NCBI GenBank assembly: GCA_021817905.1
Contig: JAKAFM010000001.1
Location: 3,985-67,984, forward strand
Source: a bacterium
Lineage (GTDB): Bacteria > Patescibacteriota > Microgenomatia > UBA12405
Length of the DNA stretch: 64,000 bases
Direction: 5' to 3'
This document shows positions 30,051 through 40,751 of this stretch, piece by piece (position 1 is the first letter of the stretch; each line of letters begins with the position of its first letter). Under the pieces are notes generated by a model. That model searched no databases. It was given only the letters and a program-made list of their open reading frames with translations, and was not told where the DNA came from. A program made the position numbers and the translations under genes.

Positions 30051-30614
30051 GTGAAACCTGAGTTAACTAAACACCTTATACCACTCTCTCTTGTCTTGCT
30101 ACTTACCTCAACCATCTGGATTGTTGGCCACGTTACCTGGATCAATTTTGTGCTTTTAATTGTTGGCCTCAGTCTTGGGGCATTTTTTCTCGACATTGAC
30201 CACCTTATTTACTGGCTTTATACCCACCCCCAGTTGGAAGAAAGCCGCCTGGCCCGAATTGCAATCAACAAAAAAGATGTCCGGACCCTGCTTAATTTAC
30301 TCGAATTAACCCACAAAAAACATACTAATCTTATTTTTCATCACTATATTTTCCAATTGGTACTTATTGCCTTATCACTATTTGTTTTTACCTCAACTGG
30401 TAGTATTTTTGGTATGGCCTTCTTGTTCTCCCTTAATCTTCATTTATGGATAGACGAGTTTTCCGATTTTCAAACCAATAAGATTCATCTCCAAGATTGG
30501 CTTTTTGCTCGATCTCCCAAGCAGTTGCCCCAAGCCTATTTTCCACATCTTCTTACTGCCATTGGAATATTTTTACTACTTTGTTTATGGTTACTTATCA
30601 AAACTAAACTATGA
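30051..30614 (+). CDS. Hypothetical integral membrane protein
   Basis: 187 aa with about five hydrophobic helices. Confidence 0.45.
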   Translation: MKPELTKHLIPLSLVLLLTSTIWIVGHVTWINFVLLIVGLSLGAFFLDIDHLIYWLYTHPQLEESRLARIAINKKDVRTLLNLLELTHKKHTNLIFHHYIFQLVLIALSLFVFTSTGSIFGMAFLFSLNLHLWIDEFSDFQTNKIHLQDWLFARSPKQLPQAYFPHLLTAIGIFLLLCLWLLIKTKL

Positions 30615-31096
30615 ACGATCTTTTTAATCAAGTCGAAAAAGTTGTTGCCCCCGAAGAACGCAATCTTGTAGCTGATGTTGTCACGATTATGGAAAGACTT
30701 GGCGAAGATCATATTAATGATTATTCATTCTTAGTAGCTCCTATGGCCAAAGCATACGAAGGCTACCTTAAAGATTTTTTCTTACGAATCGGACTTATTG
30801 ACAAAGTAACCTATACTAATGATCGTTTTCGAGTCGGCAAAACACTTAACCCTTCCCTTCGTTATAAACGATTTTCGATTTATCAAAAATTAGCCGAAAT
30901 CGACGATTCAGGAGAAGAATTAGCTGAACTTCTCTGGGATGCCTGGAAAAAAGGAAGAAACGAAACCCTTCATTTCTTCCCCCATAATCTTAAAAAACTA
31001 AACCACGACGAAGCTCTACAACTCATCAACCAGATGTTGGAAGCCATTATGAAAGCCAACCAATTTTTAATTGATAATCCCCCCCGATTGACCTAG
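30611..31096 (+). CDS. Hypothetical protein with a possible HEPN-like Rx4-6H motif
   Basis: 161 aa. KGRNETLH fits Rx4H. Start is coupled to the upstream gene through an ATGA overlap. Confidence 0.4.
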   Translation: MNDLFNQVEKVVAPEERNLVADVVTIMERLGEDHINDYSFLVAPMAKAYEGYLKDFFLRIGLIDKVTYTNDRFRVGKTLNPSLRYKRFSIYQKLAEIDDSGEELAELLWDAWKKGRNETLHFFPHNLKKLNHDEALQLINQMLEAIMKANQFLIDNPPRLT

Positions 31097-31116
31097 GTTG
31101 ATATTTTAGGGATAAT

Positions 31117-31314
31117 ATGACCATGTCTAAAGTTGTCGTCGACCCAATTACTTGTATTGGTTGCAGCACCTGCACCTTAGTTGATCCAGACACTTTTGTT
31201 ATGGATCAAACTGAATTTAAAGCTGTTGTCAAACAACAGCCAGAAAAAATTACTGAGGTGGTTAAGGCTGCTGTCGATTCTTGTCCAGTCGGCGCCATTT
31301 CTATTACTGATTAG
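31117..31314 (+). CDS. Small single-cluster [4Fe-4S]/[3Fe-4S] ferredoxin
   Basis: CIGCSTC...VDSCPV cysteine pattern of short clostridial/thermophile-type ferredoxins. 65 aa. Confidence 0.75.
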   Translation: MTMSKVVVDPITCIGCSTCTLVDPDTFVMDQTEFKAVVKQQPEKITEVVKAAVDSCPVGAISITD

Positions 31315-32144
31315 TGGCACCCATTGTGGTTAAAATCAAACCAATCCAGGTAGCCTTTATTATTGTCACCACCATTCTTTCTCTGGTTGCCTTTGCCCTG
31401 GGAAGATCGCTTCCTCTAGCTCAAAAATTTACCCCCATTGCAATGATAGTCGACAATCAATCCACTGTCATGGCCACCGATAAATCAGCTCAGCCAACGC
31501 TTAACTTTTATCTCATGAGTTTTTGTCCGGGGAGTCATCAGTTAATTCAATCCCTCCAACCGGTTGCTAAACTTTTTGGTCAAAAGGTCAATTTTCAACC
31601 CCACTACCTTTTTAGTCAAATTGACAATCTAGCTTCTTATTGTCAGCAAAAGCCGCTTTCCCAACGCAACACTTGTCTCAATGAAAATAATTATCTTAGA
31701 TCCACCGACAACTTACGCTTTGGATCAACTAACGGGAGATCTGAAATTAACGAAAATATCCGTGAACTTTGTGCTTGGACAACAACTAATGATAAAAGCC
31801 TATGGTGGCAATTCATAAAAAAAATTGACACCAATTGCACCCCCGCAAATATCGACAGTTGTTGGTCTGACCAGGCCAAAACCGCCGGCCTTGATACTAC
31901 CAAAATTACCGAATGTCTTAACACTAATGGCATTACCATCATTAAAAACGAAATAACCCAATCTTCCAACGTTACTGCTTCACCACAATTATCAATTAAT
32001 GGCCGCCAACTCACCCTTCAATCACTTCAACCCAACACAATTAAAGAGACACTCTGTTCAGCATTCAATACCCCGCCCGATATCTGCCAAACAGTTTTAC
32101 CAACTATTAAAACTAATAACACTATTCAAAACTGTCAACTATGA
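31314..32144 (+). CDS. Membrane-anchored Cys-rich DsbA-like thioredoxin-fold protein (CxxS variant)
   Basis: N-terminal TM. FCPGS sits where DsbA has CPxC. A C-terminal (S/T)Pxx.INGRQL resembles the cis-Pro / INGK motif of the DsbA family. Confidence 0.4.
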   Translation: MAPIVVKIKPIQVAFIIVTTILSLVAFALGRSLPLAQKFTPIAMIVDNQSTVMATDKSAQPTLNFYLMSFCPGSHQLIQSLQPVAKLFGQKVNFQPHYLFSQIDNLASYCQQKPLSQRNTCLNENNYLRSTDNLRFGSTNGRSEINENIRELCAWTTTNDKSLWWQFIKKIDTNCTPANIDSCWSDQAKTAGLDTTKITECLNTNGITIIKNEITQSSNVTASPQLSINGRQLTLQSLQPNTIKETLCSAFNTPPDICQTVLPTIKTNNTIQNCQL

Positions 32145-32683
32145 CCAAACTTAATTCCCATCAATTACGAGCCAGCAGAGAAGTGGAGTCGCTCAAAATG
32201 GCCAAAGAACTTCCGCGCAACCCCTTAATCTTAGTTTTAGATAATATTCAAGATACCTACAATATCGGCTCTTTTTTTCGTCTAGCCGATGCTTTAGCAG
32301 TCGAGAAAATATATTTATGTGGCCAGGTCATCACTCCACCCAATATTAAAATTCACCGCGCTTCTATTGGCACCTGGAAAGTTGTTCCCTGGGAAAACGT
32401 GTATTCAACACCAGATTGTCTTAAACAGCTTAAAACCGAAGGTTATCAAATCGTCGGCTGCGAACAGACAAAAAAGAGTATTACCTATAATCAGGCAAAC
32501 TACAAATTTCCCATCGCCTTGGTTGCCGGCAATGAGCAAGAGGGGATAGGGGATTCTACATTAGCACTTTGCGATATTGTCACCGAAATTCCCATGTTTG
32601 GCATCAATAAATCATTAAATACCCTCGTCGCCACCTCAATAATTGGCTATGAAATCGTTAACCGACTTAGTCATAAAAATTAG
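32141..32683 (+). CDS. SpoU/TrmH-family RNA 2'-O-methyltransferase
   Basis: SPOUT motifs YNIGSFFRLADA, LVAGNEQEGI, and C-terminal ..SLN..VA.SI. Confidence 0.75.
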   Translation: MTKLNSHQLRASREVESLKMAKELPRNPLILVLDNIQDTYNIGSFFRLADALAVEKIYLCGQVITPPNIKIHRASIGTWKVVPWENVYSTPDCLKQLKTEGYQIVGCEQTKKSITYNQANYKFPIALVAGNEQEGIGDSTLALCDIVTEIPMFGINKSLNTLVATSIIGYEIVNRLSHKN

Positions 32684-32832
32684 TCGGTAAGATCCGGTTT
32701 TTTTGTTATATACTTCAAGATATTATACCTATCTTTCCAAGTATTTTGCGTATTGTAAAGCAAAAATTGCCGTGATACTATGGATTACGCCTTAATTATG
32801 AACGAATTAACTTTTAGACTTTAGATTAACTT

Positions 32833-34770
32833 ATGCCAACTGATACTACGTATACCTCTGAGCAAATCATCGTCCTTGAGGGGCTTGAACCTGTTCGCAA
32901 ACGCCCCGCCATGTATATCGGCTCCACCGACTTTCACGGTCTTCATCATTGTGTCTCCGAAATTATCGACAATTCCAATGACGAAGCTTTAGCTGGTTAC
33001 GCCAAAAATGTCTGGGTAGTTTTGCACGCCGATGACACCGTTACGGTTGCTGATGATGGCCGGGGTATTCCCGTCGATATTATGCCAAAATATAAAAAAC
33101 CTGCCCTTGAGGTTATTATGACCACGCTTCATTCCGGTGGTAAGTTTGAAGGAGCCGCCTACAAAGTTTCCGGCGGTCTTCATGGAGTTGGTGCTGCCTG
33201 TGTTAACGCCTTATCCACTAGCTATCAAGTTGAAGTCAGACGTGATCAAAAAATACTCTTCATGGAATTTAGTAAAGGTACTACTAAAACAAAACTAACC
33301 GAAATACCCGAAAGTAAAATTGCATTAATTCGTAAATTAATTCCTGCCGGAACTACGGGCACAACCACCACCTTTAAGCCTGATCCAGAAATTTTTAAGG
33401 AAACCGTCGAGTTTGATCATAAGATTATTGCCAAAACACTTAAAGATCGTGCTTATCTTACCAGCAAAATCTATTTTCATTTCTACGATGAGAAAAAGGG
33501 TTCGCAGGTTCATTATTATTTTGAAGGTGGTATTGTCTCCTTACTTCGGGAATTGAATAAAAATAAAGTTACTTTACACGAGCCCATTTATATCCAAAGA
33601 GAGGAGGGGATTGTCAATGTCGAAATTGCCATTCAATACAACGATACTTTCAATGAAAACACACCTTCATATGTCAACATCATCAATACTACCGAAGGCG
33701 GTTCCCATGTCACAGGTTTTAAAATAGCCTTAACTAAGGCTATTAAAGATTATGCCACCCGCAAAGAGCTGATGAAAAATAAAGAAGACAGTATTACCGG
33801 CGAAGATGTTCGCGAGGGGCTAACTGCCGTTTTGTCGTTACGCATTCCCTCCAAAGATCTCCAATTCGAAGGTCAAACCAAATCAAAACTCGGCAACTCC
33901 GAAATTCAACCATTAGTTGCCAAAGTTGTCAAAGATGCCCTTGATAACTACTTTGAAGAGCACCCCGATGTGGCTAAGGTAATTGTTTCCAAGAGCCTAT
34001 TAGCTATTCAGGTTCGTAAAGCCGCTAAAGCCGCCAAAGATGCCATCATGCGCAAAGGCGCCTTTGATTCGTTAGGTCTTCCCGGAAAACTTGCCGACTG
34101 CCAATCAAAACATCCTGAAGAATGTGAAATTTACATTGTCGAAGGAGATTCCGCCGGAGGTTCAGCCAAGCAGGGGAGAGACCGCAAATTTCAAGCCATA
34201 TTACCACTTTGGGGAAAAGCCCTTAACACCGAAGGTATGCGCCTTGATAAAATTGTCGGTTCCGACAAACTTAAAGATCTTATTATTGCCCTTGGGATGG
34301 GAATTGGTGACACACTAGATCCCACCAAACTTCGCTATCATCGAATTATTATTATGTCAGATGCTGATGTTGATGGCGCCCATATTGCCACCTTGCTTTT
34401 AACATTTCTTTATCGACACATGCCCAACACAGTTCTAGACGGTCACGTTTATTTGGCCATGCCACCGCTCTATCGTATTAAACACGAAAAAACTACCAAA
34501 TATGTTTATACTGATGAAGAAAAAGAAAAGTACTTACAAAAAATCGACGGCGCCAAATACGATATTCAGCGCTACAAAGGTTTAGGGGAAATGAACCCTC
34601 AACAATTGTGGGATACAACCATGAATCCCGAAACCAGGTCCCTCAAAAAAGTCAATGTTGCCGATGCCATTAAAGCCGATGAAATGTTTACTATTTTAAT
34701 GGGTGAAGAAGTCCCTCCCCGCAAAAAATTCATCACTTCTCATGCCCACCTAGCAACGCTGGATATATAA
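32833..34770 (+). CDS. gyrB: DNA gyrase subunit B
   Basis: GHKL ATPase and Toprim motifs (EGDSAGGSAKQGRDR; PLWGKALN), 645 aa. Immediately followed by gyrA. Confidence 0.95.
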   Translation: MPTDTTYTSEQIIVLEGLEPVRKRPAMYIGSTDFHGLHHCVSEIIDNSNDEALAGYAKNVWVVLHADDTVTVADDGRGIPVDIMPKYKKPALEVIMTTLHSGGKFEGAAYKVSGGLHGVGAACVNALSTSYQVEVRRDQKILFMEFSKGTTKTKLTEIPESKIALIRKLIPAGTTGTTTTFKPDPEIFKETVEFDHKIIAKTLKDRAYLTSKIYFHFYDEKKGSQVHYYFEGGIVSLLRELNKNKVTLHEPIYIQREEGIVNVEIAIQYNDTFNENTPSYVNIINTTEGGSHVTGFKIALTKAIKDYATRKELMKNKEDSITGEDVREGLTAVLSLRIPSKDLQFEGQTKSKLGNSEIQPLVAKVVKDALDNYFEEHPDVAKVIVSKSLLAIQVRKAAKAAKDAIMRKGAFDSLGLPGKLADCQSKHPEECEIYIVEGDSAGGSAKQGRDRKFQAILPLWGKALNTEGMRLDKIVGSDKLKDLIIALGMGIGDTLDPTKLRYHRIIIMSDADVDGAHIATLLLTFLYRHMPNTVLDGHVYLAMPPLYRIKHEKTTKYVYTDEEKEKYLQKIDGAKYDIQRYKGLGEMNPQQLWDTTMNPETRSLKKVNVADAIKADEMFTILMGEEVPPRKKFITSHAHLATLDI

Positions 34771-34794
34771 TCAAAAATAATTTATAACCAACTC

Positions 34795-37437
34795 ATGCCA
34801 GACGCACCAAAAAAAACTCCCTATATTGCCACTAATAATACAGGCAGAATCATCGAAACCGACATTGTTCCCGAAATGGAAAAGTCCTACTTGGATTACG
34901 CCATGTCAGTTATCGTTGCTCGGGCCTTACCTGATGTCCGTGATGGTTTAAAGCCCGTCCACCGTCGCATCATCTATGCTATGGATAAAATGGGTCTAAC
35001 CCCGGGTGGTCGCAACTACAAGTCCGCAGCTGTCGTTGGAGAGGTCTTAAAATCGTTCCATCCCCACGGAGATATGGCTGTCTATATGTCACTCGTCCGT
35101 ATGGCCCAAGATTTTTCTCTGCGCTACCCCTTAGTTAAAGGGCAGGGGAACTTCGGCTCAATTGATGGTGATCCTCCCGCCGCTATGCGTTACACCGAAG
35201 TTCGCATGACTAGACTTACTATGGAAATGGTAGCCGACATCGACAAAGAAACGGTCGATATGGTTCCCAACTATGATGCCACCCTTGAAGAACCATCAGT
35301 TCTTCCGGCACGTATTCCCAACCTACTTCTCAATGGCGCCGATGGTATCGCTGTTGGCATGGCTACTCGCATCCCACCCCACAATCTAAAAGAAATATGC
35401 CTTGCTATCGACCATATTCTTCACCATACGACAATCGAAAAACACGCCAATACTGAATTTGAACTCAAACCCATAGTTACCTCTCAATCAACCACCCAAG
35501 ACATTGTCTTAAAAGATGTCTATGAGCTTGAACATCAAAAATATTTACTTGAAACCACGGCCACCGTCGAGCAACTGGTTACTTTTGTTCAAGGTCCTGA
35601 TTTTCCCACTGCCGGTGAAATTTTTGGCAAAACCGGTATCGTCGAAATGTATAATACCGGCCATGGTAAATTTGACATTCGTGGCAAAACCAGTATTGAA
35701 ACCACAAAACTAGGAAAGATGCGCATTATTATTACCGAACTCCCGTATCAGGTCAACAAAGCTGAGTTTGTTAAAAAAATTGCCGATCTTGCTCGTGATA
35801 AAAAAATCATCGGCATTTCTGATTTGCGCGACGAATCCGACCGTCACGGCATCCGCGTTGTTGTTGAAATCCGTAAAAATGGCAAACCAAAATCAATTCT
35901 AAACAAGCTGTTCAAATACACCCCCCTTCAAAGTTCATATTCCGCCAACATGTTGGCCTTAGTTGATGGTATCCCTCAGACTCTTAATCTTCGCCAAATG
36001 TTGTTGCTCTTCCTTCGCCATCGTGAACAAATTATCCGCCGACTAACAATCCACGATTTAAAAGGTGCCAAAATGCGTGCCCATATTTTGGAAGGTCTCA
36101 AGAAAGCTCTCGACGTGCTTGATGAGGTCATCAAAACCATTCGTGCCTCTGCCACCGCTGAAATTGCTAAAGAGAATTTAATGACCAAGTTTAAATTTAC
36201 AGATCTTCAGGCCGCTGCCATTCTCGAAATGCAACTCCGCCGCCTGGCCGCACTTGAACGCCAAAAACTGGAAGAAGAATACCATCAGCTTATGGACACC
36301 ATTAGTGGCTTTTTAGCCCTCTTGACCCAACCAGACAAAATGATTGCCCGCCTCATTGCCGAAAATAACGAAATAATAGAAAAATACGGTGATCCCAGAC
36401 TAACTAAGATTTACGTTCGCGGACTTGAAGAAATTAAAGAAGAAGATCTGGTTCCTAATGAAGAAGTTTTGGTGACCATTACTAAAAGTGGTTATATTAA
36501 GCGCGTCCCTCGCGATACCTACCGCACTCAAGCCCGGGGCGGAAAAGGAATCAGCGGCATGACCACTAAGACTGAAGACGAAGTTGAGACAATGCTTTCA
36601 GTCGAAACCCACGACGACCTGCTTTTCTTTACCAATCGAGGCCGGGTTTTTAAAACTAAGGTCTGGGATCTTCCCGAAAGCAGTCGTCAAGCCAAAGGTA
36701 TGGCCGTTATTAACCTTATCAATATCCTCCAAGGGGAAACCATTCAAACCGTTTTACCGCTCAACTCCCTTTCAAAAGCCAAATTTATCATCTTAGCCAC
36801 CAAAAAAGGCACTATTAAAAAAACATCACTGGATAAATTTAAAAACATACGACTAACTGGCCTGGCCGCTATCAAGCTTGACACCGGCGACGAATTATCA
36901 TGGGCAAAAGTCACTTCCGGCAAAGACCAGATCTTTTTGGTCACACATACTGGCAAATGTATCCGCTTTAGTGAAAACGATATCCGCCCCATGGGTCGTC
37001 ACACGCGGGGAGTCCGAGGAATAATGCTGAAAGATAATGACCTAGTTGTCAGTATGGACGTTATTCCCGAAGTCCTTGACAGTAGTTCTAAAAAAGATTT
37101 TCGCCATCTCTTAACAGTCACTGAAAATGGTATTGGCAAACGCTCCGACGTTTATCAATACCCTCTCCAAAAACGAGGGGGTGTTGGAGTTAAAGTCAGT
37201 AATCTCTCAGAAAAAACAGGTAAAATTGCCGTTGCCCAGGTTGTCAATCAAAATTCCGATCAAATTCTCCTGGTCTCCCGCAAAGCTGTCACCATAAAAT
37301 TACCACTCAAGAATATCCCCACCCTCAATCGCAACACGAGGGGAGTTATCCTCATGCGCCTGAAAACCGGTGAAGACAAAGTCACTAGTTTAACCGTATT
37401 AGAAGCCACAAACGAGCCAGAGACTAAGAATAACTAA
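34795..37437 (+). CDS. gyrA: DNA gyrase subunit A
   Basis: Active-site region AAMRYTE with the catalytic Tyr. A QRDR-like segment. C-terminal beta-pinwheel repeats. 880 aa. Confidence 0.95.
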   Translation: MPDAPKKTPYIATNNTGRIIETDIVPEMEKSYLDYAMSVIVARALPDVRDGLKPVHRRIIYAMDKMGLTPGGRNYKSAAVVGEVLKSFHPHGDMAVYMSLVRMAQDFSLRYPLVKGQGNFGSIDGDPPAAMRYTEVRMTRLTMEMVADIDKETVDMVPNYDATLEEPSVLPARIPNLLLNGADGIAVGMATRIPPHNLKEICLAIDHILHHTTIEKHANTEFELKPIVTSQSTTQDIVLKDVYELEHQKYLLETTATVEQLVTFVQGPDFPTAGEIFGKTGIVEMYNTGHGKFDIRGKTSIETTKLGKMRIIITELPYQVNKAEFVKKIADLARDKKIIGISDLRDESDRHGIRVVVEIRKNGKPKSILNKLFKYTPLQSSYSANMLALVDGIPQTLNLRQMLLLFLRHREQIIRRLTIHDLKGAKMRAHILEGLKKALDVLDEVIKTIRASATAEIAKENLMTKFKFTDLQAAAILEMQLRRLAALERQKLEEEYHQLMDTISGFLALLTQPDKMIARLIAENNEIIEKYGDPRLTKIYVRGLEEIKEEDLVPNEEVLVTITKSGYIKRVPRDTYRTQARGGKGISGMTTKTEDEVETMLSVETHDDLLFFTNRGRVFKTKVWDLPESSRQAKGMAVINLINILQGETIQTVLPLNSLSKAKFIILATKKGTIKKTSLDKFKNIRLTGLAAIKLDTGDELSWAKVTSGKDQIFLVTHTGKCIRFSENDIRPMGRHTRGVRGIMLKDNDLVVSMDVIPEVLDSSSKKDFRHLLTVTENGIGKRSDVYQYPLQKRGGVGVKVSNLSEKTGKIAVAQVVNQNSDQILLVSRKAVTIKLPLKNIPTLNRNTRGVILMRLKTGEDKVTSLTVLEATNEPETKNN

Positions 37438-37440
37438 AAC

Positions 37441-37650
37441 TATAGGACTATATATATGCAATATTATAGGACTATATATACTTATAGACACTTTTTAGCA
37501 TACAGAGTAGGGGACTGCTATCCTTGTTTCCGTTTTAATTTTAGGCGTATTATAAGGATAAATTAACTATATCTAAAGCTGATAGTAGGGGAGTTAAGGC
37601 TACTTTACCAAAAAACCTAAAAGTCGTCCATTATAGGACATATATATTAC
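37441..37650. repeat. Array of direct repeats (TATAGGACTATATATA x2, ATTATAGGACATATATA, TTATAAGGATAAATT, GTAGGGGA x2) on the 3' side of the recombinase gene
   Basis: Repeats are read directly from the sequence. The same TTATAGGA(C/T) and TTATAGGATAAATT words recur at 39150-39210 on the other side of the gene. Confidence 0.6.
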
Positions 37651-37658
37651 ATATCTTT

Positions 37659-38642
37659 CTATTTATTTCCACTATGAAATTTATCGTGTACTTCGCGTAA
37701 GTGAGCATCTGTAACGTGGGTATAGACCTGTGTCGTAATTATATTCTTATGACCAAGTAATTCCTGGATCGACCGCAGATCAGCACCAGCTAACAAGAGA
37801 TCCGTCGCCATTGAATGACGTAGGGTATGAGGTGTAGCATCAACCGGCAATCTTGCCTTACGCACATAGTGCTTCATTAAACGCTGAATTGAACGTACCG
37901 ATAGCCGGACGTCTTTATCAGTCATAGTTATAGAGACTTTGCCACCAAAACGAATAAACAATGGTTTAAACTTATCCGTCCGAGCCCGAAGGTAACGTCC
38001 AACATAAATAGCTGCCTGTTTTGAAATAAACACTACCCGTGATTTGCCACCCTTACCAACAACCCCAAACTCCCGTGTTTCCAAATTAATCCGATCACGG
38101 TCTAAACCTGCCAACTCCGATACCCGCAAACCCGTTGAAAACAATAACTCTAAAATAGCCTTATCTCGAAGTCCCTCTTTGGTCGATAGTAATGGTTGGT
38201 TAAGCAATAACTGCATTTGCTCTGAATTTAAAAATTTTAACGAATGGTCCTTATTTTTGGGAACGTCTAATTTTTCAGGAGCTAGAACCACATAATCCTT
38301 TTTAATCAACCATTTAAGAAACGAACGCAGAGCAATAATATAATAGCCTTGGGTAACAATCTTCAATTGACCAACTGTCCCATCAAGATGACTCAAATAA
38401 ACTCTAAATTTACGCACCCAATCACCATCAATATCAGCCACCACCGGCGGTCTCGTAAGATTACTTTTTAAATAATCATAAAATACGGTCAAGTAATGAC
38501 GATAGTTGCGGATTGTCAACCGTGAACAATTTCTCTCTATCTCCAGATGTTCCAAAAACTGTTCTATCAAAACTGACAAATTTACCTCCATAGATACCAG
38601 TATAACCCAAATCGTGCGTCTAATGGGCTCACACGAAGTCAA
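37659..38642 (-). CDS. Tyrosine site-specific recombinase (XerC/XerD/phage-integrase family)
   Basis: The C-terminal catalytic region HTLRHSMATDLLLAGADLRSIQELLGHKNIITTQVYTHV carries the R..H..R..Y signature. An N-terminal SAM-like core-binding domain is present. It stands alone between gyrA and a membrane-protein gene. Confidence 0.85.
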   Translation of the reverse strand: MTSCEPIRRTIWVILVSMEVNLSVLIEQFLEHLEIERNCSRLTIRNYRHYLTVFYDYLKSNLTRPPVVADIDGDWVRKFRVYLSHLDGTVGQLKIVTQGYYIIALRSFLKWLIKKDYVVLAPEKLDVPKNKDHSLKFLNSEQMQLLLNQPLLSTKEGLRDKAILELLFSTGLRVSELAGLDRDRINLETREFGVVGKGGKSRVVFISKQAAIYVGRYLRARTDKFKPLFIRFGGKVSITMTDKDVRLSVRSIQRLMKHYVRKARLPVDATPHTLRHSMATDLLLAGADLRSIQELLGHKNIITTQVYTHVTDAHLREVHDKFHSGNK

Positions 38643-38819
38643 TATAAATATTAGCCTTAGTTTACGTATTATTTATATATTTACTCTTTTAAGAGTGGTC
38701 CGGAGAAGTCAAATAACCAAATTTGAACCTAAAACCAAAAAATCAAGCAATTTTAAGCAACTTAGCCTCCGGGGAGGTATTTTACGATCTTTAGATCTTT
38801 TAAAAAAAATATAAAAATA

Positions 38820-39274
38820 TAAACAACATAATTATTTTAATTAAATTCAAAAAAATAACACTCCTCTGCCGTCAAAATGAATAGAAGTCGCAAAAGATAC
38901 ATTGTGCGACATATAAAAAGTGTCTTCCCCAATCAGAGGACAGTACTAAATAGTATTACCCAAGGAATAGGAACTATATCCACAAATAAACAAATAATGT
39001 ATTCGATACGTAAATAACAGCACCACCTCACCTATACAAGACCCTCTCTCCATCTAGCAGACCTATACTCCTCTGCCAAAGTTATCCACACAGACTATAT
39101 CATGCTATATCATCAAAGCTAAACTATATCAATATATATCATTCGTGAAAATTATAGGATAAATTGTGAAAATTATTTAATATTATAGGATTCAATATTA
39201 TAGGACACTTCCCTACTCTCCTATCAACTTACAAAAAATATTTCTATCTTTAGGCTAATTTAAAATTCAAATAA
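38820..39274. repeat. AT-rich non-coding region carrying ACTCCTCTGCC x2 and ATTATAGGA(T/C) x3 direct repeats
   Basis: About 630 bp with no credible ORF. The repeat words are shared with 37441-37650. Confidence 0.5.
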
Positions 39275-40054
39275 TTATCGCCAACTGGTGGTTACGACTA
39301 ACGATAAAATTACAGCCACCGTAATCCAAGCGAAACCTATCCACGTCTTTCGAAACAGCCGTTCCCGTAAATCAACCTGTAACAAGCTTCCCAAAATAAA
39401 CACAGCCCAAACCAAATAGATAGACGCGTTAAATATCCCTACCGGCCAAAATGATAAAACAAGCCCCAGTTCACCTACTACCAAAGCGGGAACAATCACA
39501 TGAACCGATACATCCTTTCGCTCCCGCAATTCAGTTTCAATTGATATTACCCAATAAAGATAAGCAAATAATAATAAACCAACCAAAAAGGCAATAAGTG
39601 CATTTATTCCAAAGAAAAATCGAAATGACCATAATGAATTAAAGATAAAAAATGAAGCCAGTAGAGTTAATAATAAATTTACCGTCCAAGCTGCCCGATA
39701 AAGCGGCACGGTTTTAAAAGCCAATGCCACCAAAAAAATATTCTCAACCAAATACACAATATAAAAGATAAATGCCAAAAGCAACGAAACAAAAATCCCC
39801 AGCTCCACCGAAAATGGTAATAACATCAAAAAAAGACTATAGCCTCCAAAAAAAAGTACCGGCAATACACTGATCATAATTCGGACCATCCACGACTCCT
39901 TCCATACTCCCTCAGCAAACCAGGACAGGATAATAATTCCCAACGACAATGCCCCCAAAGCCACGTAGCGCCATTCAAAAGGCAAGCTCAACAAAAATAA
40001 TAAACCTACCGCACTAGCCGCCGAAGCAATAAAAAACCTAAACCTTTTCGGCAT
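39275..40054 (-). CDS. Hypothetical polytopic membrane protein
   Basis: 259 aa with 7-8 hydrophobic helices. Confidence 0.5.
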   Translation of the reverse strand: MPKRFRFFIASAASAVGLLFLLSLPFEWRYVALGALSLGIIILSWFAEGVWKESWMVRIMISVLPVLFFGGYSLFLMLLPFSVELGIFVSLLLAFIFYIVYLVENIFLVALAFKTVPLYRAAWTVNLLLTLLASFFIFNSLWSFRFFFGINALIAFLVGLLLFAYLYWVISIETELRERKDVSVHVIVPALVVGELGLVLSFWPVGIFNASIYLVWAVFILGSLLQVDLRERLFRKTWIGFAWITVAVILSLVVTTSWR

Positions 40055-40751
40055 AGTCCATCCCTACATAAACAGTAACAATATCCTCATTTTCTTCCAA
40101 TTCTTCCACTAATTCTATAATTTTTTCCACTTCTTCTTCTTTTTCCAACACAACCGGTACTTTACAGCGCATTACCACTTCAGCGCGTTTAACCACAAAC
40201 CCCGCTTCCTCCATAGCCTTGCGCATCGTCTCTAACCGATGACTATCAACCAACACCACCTCGCCATCAAAATCACCAGCACCCATATCAATCAAAGCCA
40301 GTTGAGAAGCCTCTGACATAGTTGTCGTTTCAATCTCCCCTACTTTCTCAAACATAAATGCCACGGAACCACTCTCTCCTAAATTACCACCATAAGAATT
40401 TAAAATCGATTTTATTTCGCCAATCGCTCTATTTTTATTATCACTCTCAACTTCGATAATCAGTGGCACGCCAAAAGGTCCAAAACCTTCAAAAATATAT
40501 GATGCCAAACGTGCCCTACGTTCCTCAAAAGACGACAGTAATCGTTCAATATTATCCTTTGGCATACTAGCTTCACGAGCCTTTTCCAAAGCCACCTTAA
40601 GATAAGCATTAACCTCCGGGTCAGTCTTTCCACCTCCTTGCCGGACAGCCGTTAAAATAAGCTTCGAAATTTTTGTAAATGTTTCGCTTCGTTTTTTATC
40701 CTGAGCACCTTTCCTATTTTTTATATTTGCCCACTTAGAATGACCTGACAT
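40038..40751 (-). CDS. yebC: YebC/PmpR family DNA-binding regulator
   Basis: N-terminal MSGHSKWANIKNRKGAQDKKRSETFTK is diagnostic for the YebC/TACO1 family. Confidence 0.9.
   Translation of the reverse strand: MSGHSKWANIKNRKGAQDKKRSETFTKISKLILTAVRQGGGKTDPEVNAYLKVALEKAREASMPKDNIERLLSSFEERRARLASYIFEGFGPFGVPLIIEVESDNKNRAIGEIKSILNSYGGNLGESGSVAFMFEKVGEIETTTMSEASQLALIDMGAGDFDGEVVLVDSHRLETMRKAMEEAGFVVKRAEVVMRCKVPVVLEKEEEVEKIIELVEELEENEDIVTVYVGMDYAEKV

Noticed and set aside
38506-38814. 102-aa ORF overlapping the recombinase 5' end and the AT-rich upstream region
   Set aside because: It overlaps the recombinase N-terminus on the opposite strand and is A/T-rich with low complexity and no supporting motif. 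It is probably the promoter region.
37441-39274. CRISPR array around the recombinase
   Set aside because: The repeats are short (8-16 nt), irregularly spaced, AT-rich and mixed with other words. There are no unit-length spacers and no cas genes.
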